In this document: positions 1 to 13,302 of the stretch, in pieces
Layout: every line of letters begins with the position of its first letter
Position numbering within the stretch: the first letter of the stretch is position 1
DNA from: Octopus sinensis
Lineage: Eukaryota
Length of the DNA: 64,000 nucleotides
Assembly: GCF_006345805.1 (NCBI RefSeq)
Contig: NC_043018.1
Coordinates: 7,750,001 to 7,814,000, forward strand
Reading direction: 5' to 3'
Position numbers and translations under genes: made by a program
Notes under the pieces: model-generated
Databases searched by the model: none
Seen by the model: only the letters and a program-made list of their open reading frames with translations
Told to the model about the DNA's origin: nothing

Positions 1-446
1 TGCAGTGTTCCCAGATCTACAAGCTAATTATCAGAATATGGATTGGATTGGCCAAAGGGCTATTCTGGCCCCAAGGAATAAAACTGTTCACCATATTAAT
101 GATGAAATGCTAAAATTCATTCCTGGGGATGTCTATGTATATAAGTCTATCGATACAACTCCTGACTCAGAGGACGTCATCAACTATCCAATAGAGGTAC
201 TCAATTCTTTTGAGCCCCCCGGACTACCGCCACACATTCTCAAACTTAAAGTTGGTGCCCCTATAATGCTCATTAGAAATTTGGTTCCCCCAAAACAATG
301 CAATGGCACACGTTTGATCGTTAAGTCCTTATCTCCCACCGTAAACTTATATCAATATTTGCCTGAATAATCATCATAATTCAGTGCAATCATTAACAGT
401 ACTTTCAAGCAATTCAGCTCCGAGCATCACCAGGCAATTCTGCTAG
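1..446 (+). mobile_element. Helitron deletion derivative, 3' end, carrying a PIF1-like helicase fragment
   Basis: ORF 5-370 encodes RAILAPRN...YPIEVLNSFEPPGLPPHILKLKVGAPIMLIRNL...CNGTRL, typical of the Helitron RepHel helicase. It ends in a GC-rich subterminal stretch and CTAG|T at 443-447. Confidence 0.9.
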
Positions 447-490
447 TGTGTATATATATATATATATATACATACACATACATAGATATA

Positions 491-569
<79 letters not shown>

Positions 570-1120
570 ATTAGGGAATAAATCCAAACTTACAGGGAAA
601 AATTAGATTTAGGATTAAATCCAATTTTATAGTATAAATATATTATATTATATTAAATTAGAGATAAAACCACTATTAGGCAAATCAAACAGTGAAAAAC
701 ATAAGCCAATACATAAAATTAATTTAAAAATATAAAAGTTAAAAATTAAAAAATTATTTAAATAATTTAAACTTATAAATTATAAATAAATATATATATA
801 TATATGCCTCTTTTTGTTTGTCCCCGTCACTTAGCGGTTCGGCAAAAGAGACCGATAGAATAAGTACTGGGCTTACAAAGAATAAGTCCCGGGGTTGATT
901 TGCTCAACTAAGGCGGTGCTCCAGCATGGCCGCAGTCAAATGACTGAAACAAGTAAAAGAGTAAAGAGTATATATGTATGTATATTTTTATATTTATATT
1001 TATATATTATTTTATTTATTAATTAATTTATTTATTTATTTATTTTTATTTTTTATTTTTTTTAATTTTTTTATATAAATATCAAAAGTATTAAAAGTTT
1101 AATAAAAGATAAAGAGTAAA

Positions 1121-1215
1121 ACACTACGATCGTTTCATGGCTGTACCAATTTGAATAACAATAATTTAAATTCAATTAATAATTCGAGTTATGGTTACAG
1201 TCAATCTTCAGGTTA
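1121..1215 (-). ncRNA. Degenerate type I hammerhead ribozyme motif with long stem II
   Basis: Minus strand: CTGAAGA (1211-1205), imperfect extended stem II, GAAA (1136-1133), palindromic ACGATCGT stem III, GTA. Stem I has only 2 bp. Confidence 0.5.
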
Positions 1216-1299
1216 ATTGAAATGTTTTTAAAATAATCAGAAATATTTAAACAATATTTTTAAGATATAAATAATATAATAATTTTATTTATAATAAAC

Positions 1300-1810
1300 T
1301 CTATTATCAAACTAGAAACTTAAAACTTAACAATTATGATTATATCAAAATCGATTATAATGTTAAAAATTAATTTTAATTTACAAGGTAATAAACCCAC
1401 CAATAATCTAATACCAGTAATAGTCAATATCTAATTACATAATTTTTTTTTTTTTTAAATGGCTATTATATATAAATTATCAATGAATGTATATAAATAT
1501 TATAATTAAGATCTAAAATAATCTCTATAAATAAATATATATGCACATATAATAAAGACCTAATAAATTAATTTTTCATATTTAAAGATGAAATAGCTAA
1601 TTTCAAAAATACAAACAAACAAACTTAAACGAACTTTCGGAAATCTTATTTAAAATACTTATTGAAATATTCAATTCGTAGTTATATAATATCGAATAAA
1701 TACTATAAATACTATAAATATATTTATCAATGGGAAAATACTAGCGAATATCAATTTAAAAAGACAATAACTAAGTTATGCTATTAAGTTAGACATGGCC
1801 TACACCAATC
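1300..1810 (+). pseudogene. Possible highly degraded Penelope-like GIY-YIG C-terminal remnant
   Basis: Very AT-rich. Frameshifted snippets NNLI, NFKNTNK, NELS, KILA and LC loosely recall PLE endonuclease tails. Judged by eye only. Confidence 0.3.
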
Positions 1811-2302
1811 TTTGGTCGAAACATATATATATATACATATATACGACGGGCTTCTTTCAGTTTCCGTCTACCAAATCCACTCACAAGGCTTTGGTTGGCC
1901 CGAGGCTACAGGAGAAGACACTTGCCCAATTTGCCACGCAGTGGGACTGAACCCGGAACCATGTGGTTGGTAAACAAGCTACTTACCACACAGCCACTCC
2001 TGCGCCTATTTTATTCATTTATCCAACGCTTTTTGTTTTGTTTTTTTTTTTGCCAGCTCTTCAAAACACCAAGTCGTCTTCAGTCAATTCTCTTCTCACC
2101 AAATTATGTCACACACATGTTAGCAGTCAATTTTCTTAATGCGGCCGGCCATTCACAAAGTTACTACAACAAACGCTAATTCGGAAATGTCAAATCTTGT
2201 TAAAAACCTTAACGCCTTAATTAGCAAGGAAATTACACACACACAGTATGCATATGTGTGGTGTGTGTGTGTGTGTGTGTGTGCATGTGTGTACACACAA
2301 CC

Positions 2303-2339
<37 letters not shown>

Positions 2340-2348
<9 letters not shown>

Positions 2349-2652
2349 TACACACACTCACTCATCTATAATATATGTATAATATATAATATACAATATA
2401 CAATATATATATACAATATACAATATATAATTACAATATATAATATATAATATACACACACATACATTCATCTATAATATATGTATATACACACACACAC
2501 ATTCATCTATAATATATGTATATACACACACACACATTCATCTATAATATATGTATATATACACACACAGACAGACACACACACACACCCATATATATAT
2601 ATATATATTATATATATATAATATATATATACATACACACACACACACACCC

Positions 2653-2685
<33 letters not shown>

Positions 2686-2811
2686 TACATTCATCATAAT
2701 ATATGTATATACACACACACCATTCATCTATAATATATGTATATACACACACACACATTCATCTATAATATGTATATACACACACAGACAGACACACACA
2801 CACACACACCC

Positions 2812-2855
<44 letters not shown>

Positions 2856-2870
2856 CACACACACACATAA
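2340..2870. repeat. Compound (CA)/(TA) minisatellite with recurring CATTCATCTATAATATATG unit
   Basis: The unit recurs about 6 times between CA/TA runs. Confidence 0.85.
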
Positions 2871-3070
2871 CTACAATGAAACAGAACATTGCAGATAGTT
2901 TCGAGGCAAGACATGCTTAAATGTCACTAAAACCCACTAAGAGAGTTCGCAGAAGTTCTAATCGGACACGAGGGAACCTCTGCCTACATTTGTCATTTCA
3001 CACTGCTAGAAATAGTCACCAAATCTTCCTCACAATATTATAGCCATACCCATTTAAAACACAGGATACA

Positions 3071-3471
3071 CTCTCTTTACTCTTTACTCTTTTACTTGTT
3101 TCAGTCATTTGACTGCGGCCATGCTGCAGCACCGCCTTTAGTCGAGCAAATCGACCGCGGGACTTATTCTTTGTAAGCCCAGTACTTATTCTATCGGTCT
3201 CTTTTGCCGAACCGCTAAGTGACGGGGACGTAAACACACCAGCATCGGTTGTCAAACAATGCTAGGGGGACAAACACAGACACACAAACACACACATATA
3301 TATATACATATATACGACAGGCTTCTTTCAGTTTCCGTCTACCAAATCCACTCACAAGGCTTTGGTCGGCCCGAGGCTATAGTAGAATACACTTGCCCGA
3401 GATGCCACGCAGTGGGACTGAACCCAGAACCATGTGGTTGGTAAGCAAGCTACTTACCACACAGCCACTCC
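3071..3471 (-). mobile_element. tRNA-derived SINE family A (octopus OR-like), full length
   Basis: Head GGAGTGGCTGTGTGGTAAG with B-box GGTTCAGTCC, CORE-like CCTTGGGCAAGTGTCTTC, internal microsatellite and (AAAGAGT)n tail. More than 25 full or partial copies occur in the window. Confidence 0.85.
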
Positions 3472-4424
3472 AAAAAACAAAAAAAAAAAATGAAACACAG
3501 TACGGGGTCAAAGTTGGAATACCTTTGATGAGGACCGGACCTAGAGTCAAATAACAACAGCAACAACCGACCCAATGAAACATGACAAAGTGAACCTATT
3601 TTCTAGGACAAACTACACAGCTTATATCTTACTGTCTTGCGGCTGCTTGCTCTAATACAAAACTGTTTCAGTTTTTTTTAGAGGGTTTTTGTCTGTTTGC
3701 TTGTTTTTTTATACTGATACTACTACAACTAATATTGCTGCTGCTATGAACTGCTGTAGTAATGGTATTGGTGGTATTAGTAATAGTAGTAGTAGTAGTA
3801 GTAGTGATACTAAAACAAACTACTATTGTAGTAGTATTAACTGACAGTGGTGATGGTATGACTGCTGCTGCAGCTAGAAGCAATGACAATGGTAGTGGTG
3901 GCGGTGGTGGTGGTGTTGGCTAGGGCGGTGGCAGTGGTGGTGGCGATGGTAGCGTTGGCAGTGGGAGTGGTGGTGCTGGCAGTGATAATAGTGGTATGAA
4001 TGTTGCTGCTTCTTTCACTAACTAGTATTGGGGGGGGGGGGGGTTGTAGCCATGACATTTGCCAGGGCCTCCAGAGGAAGAAGCAATACCGATGGCCTTA
4101 CACAGGATCTCTTTTGCTGAACCGCTAAGTTTACAAGGACATAAACACACCAGCATTGGTTGTCAAGTGATGTTGGAGGGACAGACACACAAACACACAC
4201 ACACACACATAGGGGCAGTGTGAGGTCAAGTGTACTACACCTGTAGTACCAGCTGATATAGATGTGCCCAGTGCTCAGTACGCAGAATCCTAAACACTTT
4301 GGACAAAATGCTAAGAGGCTTTCCTTCCAGGTCTTTACCCCACCAAGGTCAACTTTACTTTTCATCTCTTGAACCCTGCAATGGACCCGGTGTCCCATTC
4401 GGAAAGTATGTTGTGATTTTGGTT

Positions 4425-4580
4425 ACTTATATGCCATGGTGAGCCACAGACACGTTAGCGCGCCGGGCGAAATGCTTAGCGGTATTTCGTCTGTTGTTAC
4501 ATTCTGAGTTCAAATTCCACCGAGGTCGAATTTGCCTTTCATCCTTTCGGAGTCGATAAATAAAGTACCAGTTTCGCACT
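4425..4580 (+). mobile_element. SINE family B, partial
   Basis: GCGAAATGCTTAGCGGTATTTCGTCTG...GAGTTCAAATTCC...CATCCTTTCGG; same family as 45077-45306 and 56560-57075. Confidence 0.8.
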
Positions 4581-5969
4581 GTTTCCAGACTTCTGTGGAA
4601 AATGTGTCTGGTAGTCATGGCAAAATATTACCTTACTTGGAATCAGGTAGGGGTTGGTGACAGGAAAGGCATCCAACAGTAGAAAATCTGCCCCCAAAAA
4701 TGCTGACTTATGCAAGCATGGAAAAGAGGACATTAATTGATGATGATGTTTAGCCAAGCATAGTTGTGATCAAAGGTGTTCCGGTCTGTGAGCAGATATG
4801 AACAAGAATAAACTATCAAATTACATTTAAATACCATCAATGACAGCTGAAGTAATTAAACAAATATTCTTTTAAGCCACTCATAAACTGACAATACAGG
4901 AGTAACACTCAATGACAATACAGTCTTAAAATAATGATGTTAAGATGTCATTATGTATTTAAATAGCTGAAATAAAAAAGGAAAAAAAAAAACTCTTTCC
5001 TTCTACCCACCACTCTCCTTAAATAAGTCAAAACTGACTAACCTGTGAGTTCAGCCACCTACTCTGAAGATACAAAATAGAAAGTTGAAGACAGAGGGAG
5101 AGAATGGGGTCATCCACTGAGAACCAATTACATTCATCAAGCAACTAAACTAACCAATGATCACTCAACCTGCTGAAAATAGCAGTTAAAATTCTCACAA
5201 ATAACACAATAACATTTCAACTAAAGACTTTATCAAACAATATACTTCCTAATATATAAATGATGGAAATGCCTTTCATTATAGTCTTGTGTGACTTCAA
5301 CTGAAGTAACAAAGTTTACTTTAAGTGGACGAGGGAAGCCCATTGCATGGAAACTTGATTTACGAAGTATAGGAGCCAAATATTTTCTCAAAACACTCCC
5401 ACACTCATAAATTAGGAAAAGACACATTGGAAAATTAATGAATGAATGCATGTATGCATCTGTGTATGTATGTGTGCGTGTGTGTGTACATAAATACACA
5501 CACAAGATGACATGCTTCAGCAGTATGAAGAGAAACTTCTAAAATGACTGAGGTCCAATTCTGAACTTACAACCTTAGTCTGTCTCTCTCACTCTCACTC
5601 ACACACATACACATACACACACACACAGAGTGAGTAATCACTAGATAGGGATAAGTTAATGCTGAGTATACATTTTTTATGTAAAATGCACATGCCGCAG
5701 CATGGCCGCAACATCAAGGCTCAAACATAAAAGGATATATAATTTTGGGAATTGAAATTAATACTACTACAAGGAGAAGATTACAAAATGGCTGTGATCC
5801 TTTTTTTTTACTTTTTGTTTCAGTCATTTGACTGTGACCATGCTGGAGCACTGCCTTTAGTCAAGCAAATCGACCCCAGGACTTATTCTTTATAAGCCTG
5901 GTATTTATTCTATCGGTGTCTTTTGACAAACCGCTAAGTTACGGGGACATAAACGCATCAACATCAGTT

Positions 5970-6590
5970 GTCATATACACACATAGACACGCACACAGAC
6001 ACATAAACATATAGACCTGTACACATATAGACACGCACACATATAGACCCGCACACACAGACACGAACACACAGACACGTACACACATAGACACGAACAC
6101 ACAGACACGGACACACACAGACACGAATACACAGACACGAACACACACAGACACGTACACACATAGACATGTACACACATAGACACGAATACACACAGAC
6201 ACGCACACACAAACACACACACACACACAGACATGCACACACAGACACGAATACACATAGACACGAACACACAGACACGTACACACATAGACACGTACAC
6301 ACATAGACACAAATACACATAGACACGAATACATAGACACGTACACACATAGACACGAACACACACAGACACATACGCACATAGACACGTGCACACATAG
6401 ACACGTGCACACACATAGACGCGCACACACATAGACCGCACACAGACGCGCACACATAGACGTGCACATAGACATGCACACATATAGACCTGTACACATA
6501 TAGACCCAGACACGTACACATACAGACACGCACACATACACACACATATATGCACACTATATTTATACACACACACCACATATACAAAGT
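5970..6590. repeat. Degenerate CA-rich minisatellite (ACACACATAGACACGT-like units)
   Basis: Tandem units of about 16-20 bp; source of the spurious MCVCV ORFs. Confidence 0.9.
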
Positions 6591-7173
6591 ACGTCTACTA
6601 TAAATGACTCACAGAAACACACTCAGTGAACAGCATGTCTGCTTGTTTATATAATGGCAGAAATATGTGGAGGAAAAAAATAATTCTGGTTTTATTCAAT
6701 ACCTTGAATAAAATGAGAAACACTTATCTACAAATATTTTCCCTGAATTCTTCAAATTCTAACAGGTTGAAAGACCAGGTAGACACCCCCACCTGCTTAT
6801 AGTTTAGCACACCTATGATCAAAGCAAGCCAGATGTGACCACCCTGTATTTGTAGACTAGTGTAATATTAGTTACATTAAACCGGAGACAAATGCATCCC
6901 CTTGCTTTTACAGGCTGGTAATGTGTAACTGAAGGATAATTTAGGCTTCCAATTCTAGCAAGTCAAGCAACCATGCAGAGGCTCCCTGTTTCTATACTTA
7001 GTGATCTTCGATTGTAGCAATTAAATTTTCATATTCTCCTCAATTATCATGTTTCAAAAGGTAACACCATTCTCTTGAGATGATTTTTGAAATTATCTTG
7101 AGGGGAAGAGAAATGTTAACACCAATCCCAGAAATCATATCAATTCTTATATATATATATATATATATAGGTG

Positions 7174-7210
<37 letters not shown>

Positions 7211-7674
7211 AACTTAGAGAAGAAGAAGAAACGAAACAAAACCAAACGAATCGAATCGAATCGAATCGACGCGAAGGCGCTCAGTCATACAATAGTGTAA
7301 TAAATAAAATATATGCATACATACATACATACATATATGTACGTACCTACATCTACATGTATATATACATGCATATATAAATAATTATACGTGTGTACAG
7401 GACACCACAAATAGACGTAGAACTCAACGAGAAACGAAGACGTAAAAACAGCATGGAATGGACCATTCCTTTAACAACGAAAAAACAGAGTACAAGACAA
7501 CTACACAAGGAAAAATCCCCTTCATCAGCTGTCCCTAGTTCAACTCCAGCATGTTTCGAAGGTGAGGACAGAACACGCCTCGTCGAACTAGTCCTTCCTG
7601 AGAAAAAATTAAATAAAATTCCTTTGCAGAGGGGTAAAAACAAAGAAAAAAAAATGACAAAAACAGGACATAAA

Positions 7675-7728
<54 letters not shown>

Positions 7729-7794
7729 CGCAGTGTATCATCATCAACATCATCGTTTATATATATATATATATATATTATATATACACATGGC

Positions 7795-8404
7795 CCCTAC
7801 CTGGGACGTAGTCAGTCCACCTGTGCATACCTTCCTTCTTGTGACACTTGTGAAGACCTGTTGAGGCAAGTGAGAATCGAATCGAATCAAATCAAATCAA
7901 ATCGAACCAAATCAAAATAGATGAACATCAATGGAATTTGTATCCTTGTGGTACCAGTGCCGGTGGCACATAAGAAAACCATCCGAACGTGATCGTAGCC
8001 AGTACCGCAAATACTGGCCTCCGTGCTGAGGGCACGTAACAAACACCATCCGAGCGTGGCCGCCCGCCAGCCCCGTCTGGCACCTGTGTCGGTGACACAT
8101 AAGAAAACACCATCCGAGCGTGGCCGTCAGCCAGCCTCGTCTGGCACCTGTGTCGGTGGCACATAAAAAACACCATCCGAGCGTGGCCGTCTGCCAGCCT
8201 CATCTGGCACCTGTGTCGGTGGCACATAAAATCACCCACTACACTCTCGGAGTGGTTGGCGTTAGGAAGGGCATCCAGCTGTAGAAACACTGCCAGATCT
8301 GACTGGCCTGGTGCAGCCTTCGGGCTTGCCAGACCCCAGTTGAACCGTCCAACCCATGCTAGCATGGAAAGCGGACGTTAAACGATGATGATGATGATGA
8401 TGAT
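7795..8404 (+). mobile_element. (GAT)n-tailed RTE-associated SINE-like repeat (family C) with internal ~52-bp tandem repeats
   Basis: GGCGTTAGGAAGGGCATCCAGCTGTAGAAAC...CCCATGCTAGCATGGAAAGCGGACGTTAAAC(GAT)n. A closely similar inverted copy is at 41416-42020. Confidence 0.75.
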
Positions 8405-8421
8405 ACATACATATATATATA

Positions 8422-8586
8422 GGTGCAGGAGTGGCTGTGTGGTAAGTAGCTTGTTTACCAACGACATGGTTCTGGGTTCAGTCCCACTGCATGGCACCTT
8501 GGGCAAGTGTCTTCTACTATAGCCTCGGGCTGACCAAAGCCTTGTGAGTGGATTTGGTAGACGGAAACTGAAAGAAGCCCGTCGTA

Positions 8587-8638
<52 letters not shown>

Positions 8639-8853
8639 ATTGTGTGTCTGTGTTTGTTCCCCTAGCATCGCTTGACAACCGATGCTGGTATGTTTACGTC
8701 CCCGTAACATAGCGGTTCGGCAAAAGAGACCGATAGACTAAGTACAAGGCTTACGAAGAATAAGTCCTGGGTGGGGTCTATTTCCTCGACTAAAGGTGGT
8801 GCTCCAGCATGGCCACAGTCAAACGACTGAAAAGAGTAAAAGAGAGTAAAGAG
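8422..8853 (+). mobile_element. SINE family A, full length
   Basis: Same head, body and tail as 3071-3471. Confidence 0.85.
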
Positions 8854-8959
8854 TATACATGCACATACACACACACACATACATACATACATACACACAC
8901 ACAGGCATTCTATCAGACACTCTAATGTTCTAATGTATATATCTGTATACACTGTGCAA

Positions 8960-9775
8960 TGGAAGAGTCAGTCTACATGGACGCTTACCAAAATAAACTG
9001 GAATCAAAGCTAGATGGAACTGACATCCAAATGTTAAGAGCAGCGTTAAAAAGATCTTAGAGAACTCATTCCACCAAGAAATAACTGTTTGGAGATTTCT
9101 CACCTGTTTCCATCATTGTAAGGAAAAGACACGGATCTTTTCGGTTTGAACGGCAGTTTTTTTTTCTAGTGGTGTCATATGAAACTGTCACCCATGATTA
9201 TGACCCTAGAATCGATCTATTGCATTTCAATCTGTTTTAGGGTTAGGGGTGGGGGGAAGGGTATGTTTTTTTCTTCACAAATGTAAATAAACCCAATCTG
9301 TTTCTTAAACGGGGGACATATTCATACAGCACAGAATGTTTTTTCCTCAATAGATGTCATTGATTGGTTGAAATTGCAGAAATTGAAGAAAAAAAACAAC
9401 AAATATCTTACACGCTATAAAATTTTCTCAATAAAGCCAAGAGAAAAGATGTTTTATAAACACATTCTACCAGTATACGAAGTTTAAAAGTGTTTAGTTA
9501 CATGGAAATTATTTTTAAAAACTGCTGTTCAAACCGAAAAGATCCAAAGACACTTGCACTTTGTGAGACATTACTGGCAAGTGACTTACTGCTATGGATG
9601 TCAAAGCATGGCCATACTTGAGCAGGTCATCCAAACACAATGTATGTAGATCAACTCATCAGAGACACTGGGAGTCTCCCTGAAGACCTCCCTCAACTAA
9701 TGCGGGACCAAGATTGATGTTATGTGCAGGTTAAAAATGTCAGAACAAGCTTGACCAAATGGTCATGATGATGTA
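8960..9775 (+). mobile_element. RTE-type LINE 3' fragment split by a MITE
   Basis: Degenerate LESKLDGT..QMLRAALK before the MITE and LLLWMSKHGHT..YVDQLIRDTG..PEDLPQLMRD after it; (GAT)n tail. Confidence 0.7.
9133..9545. mobile_element. hAT-like MITE with GGATCTTTTCGGTTTGAAC TIRs
   Basis: About 29-bp TIRs with 1 mismatch; exact 8-bp TSD AAAGACAC at 9125-9132 and 9546-9553. Confidence 0.9.
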
Positions 9776-10298
9776 TATATTTCATCATCATTGTTTTAAT
9801 GTCCATTTTTCCATGCTCACACACAGGTCAAATGGAATTTACTGAGGCAGGTTTTCTACAGCTGGATGCCCTTCCCGTCACCAACCTTCACCTGTTTCCA
9901 AGCAAGGTAATATTTCTCCACGGCCAGACAAGTTTTCCACAGAAGACTGGAAACAAACAATTACGCTTGCACAATGGTGATACCTGGTTACAACCATCAC
10001 ACGCTGTCAAGACAAGGATACACACAAAGGGCTTCTTCCAGTTTCCATCCACCAAATCCATTCACTCCATCTATTCACAAGGCTTTGGTCAGCCTGGGGC
10101 TATATAAGAAGACAAGTTCCTAAGGTACCATACAGTGGAACCGAACTCCAAAAAACATAGTTGAGAAGCAGGCTTTGGTCACCACAAAGCCATGCTTGTG
10201 CCCAGGTTTCTCATGTACACTGTCCAATGTGTCCTCCATGTCTTAAGACAGTAACAAGAATCAGTTTTTATTTATTAATTGTTGCTGCTTGTTTCAAA

Positions 10299-10662
10299 TC
10301 TCTCTATATATAAACGGCAAAATGCCTGCGTGTGTATCCTTTATACAAATCCACAATTTTTCAGTAAGAGGGCTCGCACTTTCTATGGTCATTCAAAACC
10401 GTCCAACGGTGGTCGTGCACATCTTTACATTTCCCCAGTCACCTCGCAAGGCCATTAAAAAATCAATAGAAGTGACTTTTTTGTGAATTTTCTATCCAAA
10501 ACCCAATCAAAATGCCCGAAACTTGATACGCCAATCGAATGCCAGCTAGCTGTATGTGATTGGTCAGAGATTTGGACAGTACTCGCATGTATGTGTGCAC
10601 GCACACTGCTGTATATGCATGCACTAGCACTATGACCCGGCGTTGCCAGATCATAGTGCTAG
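10299..10662 (+). mobile_element. Non-autonomous Helitron (~365 bp family)
   Basis: A|TCTCTCTATATATAAACGGC 5' end, terminal hairpin, CTAG|T 3' end, no TSD. Confidence 0.85.
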
Positions 10663-11043
10663 TATGTAATAATCTGCTTTTAAATTATACTCAGTTTAAT
10701 ATGCATCACAAAACTGCAGAGCAGATCTATGATAAAAGATGTTCCATCTTCTATTTAATAATAATAATGAAATTATTGTATACAGTGCTCAGGTGCACCA
10801 CAACTTGTCAGAAAGTGCATATAAAGTACATGCAGTAATGTAGAAATGTCTGGAAAGTGAACAATGTATGAGTCAGATACATGCTTGTGTGTGTATGGAG
10901 GGGAGAAAATCAAGTTTAGTGTTGGCGAATCTCAGGAAGCATGGAATTTGACTTGTTTTGGTCATTTACACTAAGGGCCTCCCCAACCACCAAATTACAC
11001 AGAAAGAATAAATTTTAAAATTTTATTTCTATTTTATTGATTA

Positions 11044-11409
11044 CTAGCAACACCAGGTCATAGTGCTAGTGCATGCATATACAGCTGCGTGCGTGCGCAC
11101 ATACACGCGAGTACTGTCCAAATCTCTGACCAATCACATACAGCTAGCTGGCATTCAATTGGTGTATCAAGTTTCGGGCATTTTGATTGGGTTTTGGATA
11201 GAAAATTCACAAAATAGTCACCTCTATTGATTTTTTTAATGGCTTTGCGAGGTGACTGGGGAAATGTAAAGATGTGCATGACCACCCTTGGATGGGCTTC
11301 AATGACCTTAGAAAGTGCGAGCCCTCTAACTGAAAAATTGTGGATTTGTATAAAGGACACGCACGCACACACACACACAGACATTTTGCCGTTTATATAT
11401 ATAGAGAGA
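11044..11409 (-). mobile_element. Non-autonomous Helitron, same family
   Basis: Reverse complement of 10299-10662 with the terminal hairpin partly deleted. Confidence 0.85.
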
Positions 11410-12317
11410 TTGCAGTGTGCAGGATATTTTTGCATTATCTATGAATTAAATATGTAATATATAATACACACACATATATAAAATTATAAAACTATGAATT
11501 GTGTAGATAAAACACAATAAAGTGCATGGTTCCCCCAGTCCACGATGGAAAAAAACGGTTAGGGGACTACTGATTTGCACTGTATCCAGGACCTGACTAC
11601 AATTTTCAACATTGCATCTTTTTCTCCTTTTATCCCTAGGATAATACAGTGCGATTTGAGGGAAATTTGGCTGCTATTTTTACCAGATCAAATTAGCAAA
11701 CCACATACAGGCTTCCGTCACTTGGACTAGTGTACATGTGTGTGTGTGTGTGTGTGTGGTAATAAGAAAAGGGCATTAGGGAGAGAGAGAGATTTATGTC
11801 TGAGAGGTTAGCAAGCCAACTCATCACTCATTTTCATAGAACACATGGAAACATCATCAGCAGTCATGGTGTCACATCCAAAACTACTTTCACACACACA
11901 CACACACCCTTCAGAATCCTCCCTCCTCAATCCAACCACCACCGCCACCATCACTATTACTAGTTATTGAATCATGTCTAAAAATAGAATATAAACTTTT
12001 TCTACCTTAAGGAGTTTGAAAATCATCTTCCAACCACATCTGTTATTGTTCGGGTCGGGTGGGGGGGGGAGAAGGGAGGAGAGGGATGCAGAGAGGTGAG
12101 GGGGGCCCCTTTTTCTTGCAATCCTTTCACATACCCCTTTTAGTTTTCTTTAAAAACAAATGCCAACACCATCCACCACATAACAGACACAGCTCCCTAA
12201 TCCCTTTATATACTTCAAGTCGAGTCTGGATCCTGGGAGCCTCTAAAAACATTGGTTCTCAACAGAGTCGGGGTCCATGTAAGATTTTCTTGTTGAAATC
12301 TATCTGCAATAAACCGG

Positions 12318-12632
12318 GGATCTTTTCGGTTTGAACGGCAGTTTTTAACATAATTTCTAGGTAACTAAAAAAATTTAAACTTCCTATACTGGTAGACTGT
12401 GTTTATAAAACATCTTTTTCTCTTGGCTTTATTGAGAAAATTCTATAGTTTGTAAAATATTTGATGATGTTTTTTCTTCAATTTCTGCAATTTCAACCAA
12501 TCAATGACATCCATTGAGGTAAAAAACATTCAACAGATTGAAATGCAATAGATCAATTCTAGGGTCATAATTATGGGTGACAATTTCATATGACACCGCT
12601 AGAAAAAACTGCCATTCAAACCGAAGAGATCC
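12318..12632. mobile_element. hAT-like MITE (GGATCTTTTCGG family)
   Basis: TIRs present; TSD TAAACCGG / TAGACCGG (7 of 8 match). Confidence 0.85.
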
Positions 12633-12670
12633 TAGACCGGTTATACTTCTGCAATACACAATATTGGTAC

Positions 12671-13046
12671 AGGTGTAGCTGCATGGTAAGAAGCTCACTC
12701 TCCAACCACATGGTTCCGGGTTCAGTTCCACTGCGTGGTACCTTGAGTGAATATCTTTTACTGTAGCCTCAGGCTGACCAAAGCCTCATGAGTGGATTTG
12801 GTAGACAGAAACTGAAAGAAGCCTGCTGTATGTATGTGTGTGTGTGTCTGTGTCTATGTCCTCCCATAACCGCTTGACAACCGGTCTTGATGTGTTTATG
12901 TCCCTGTGACTTAGCAGTGCAGCATAAGAGACCAAAATAGAATAAGTAGTAGGCTTAAAATAATAAGTCCTGGGGTTGATTTGTTCAACTAAAAGCCTTC
13001 AAGGCAAGTGCTCCAGCATGGCTGTAGTCAAAAGACTGAAACAAGT

Positions 13047-13050
<4 letters not shown>
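12671..13050 (+). mobile_element. SINE family A, diverged
   Basis: Recognisable head, core and tail with many transitions. Confidence 0.75.
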
Positions 13051-13080
<30 letters not shown>

Positions 13081-13302
13081 ATATTTAGACATTTTTTTAA
13101 ATACAAATCATAATACTTAATTATGAAAATATAATAGTTTTTAGACATCAAATGGCTAACAGGGTTCTCCCCCTGCAAGATAAGAACCAAAAAGCTAAAA
13201 AATGGTTAAGGACCGTTGCTTTAAAGATTGTTCAAACAGAAATAACAACCACATTGTCAAGTCACACCCTGCTGCCTTTAACTCTTTAGCATTCAGATTA
13301 TC

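Noticed and set aside
3700-4030. Thr-rich ORFs in (GTA/GTG)n tracts (also 55740-56330)
   Set aside because: They are trinucleotide low-complexity sequence without splice or homology support.
5043-5063. 21-nt minus-strand micro-exon candidate (TCTTCAG acceptor, GTTAGT donor, ending LTG like TNKS exon 3)
   Set aside because: It has an in-frame TAG, no HGAD/ankyrin match, and lies in what looks like an old repeat.
7393-7920. 175-aa ORF and hammerhead-like pieces at 7515-7595 (similar at 63780-63830)
   Set aside because: The ORF crosses microsatellites. The CTGATGA and GAAA elements are in the wrong order or the core is incomplete, and I could not fold a valid ribozyme.
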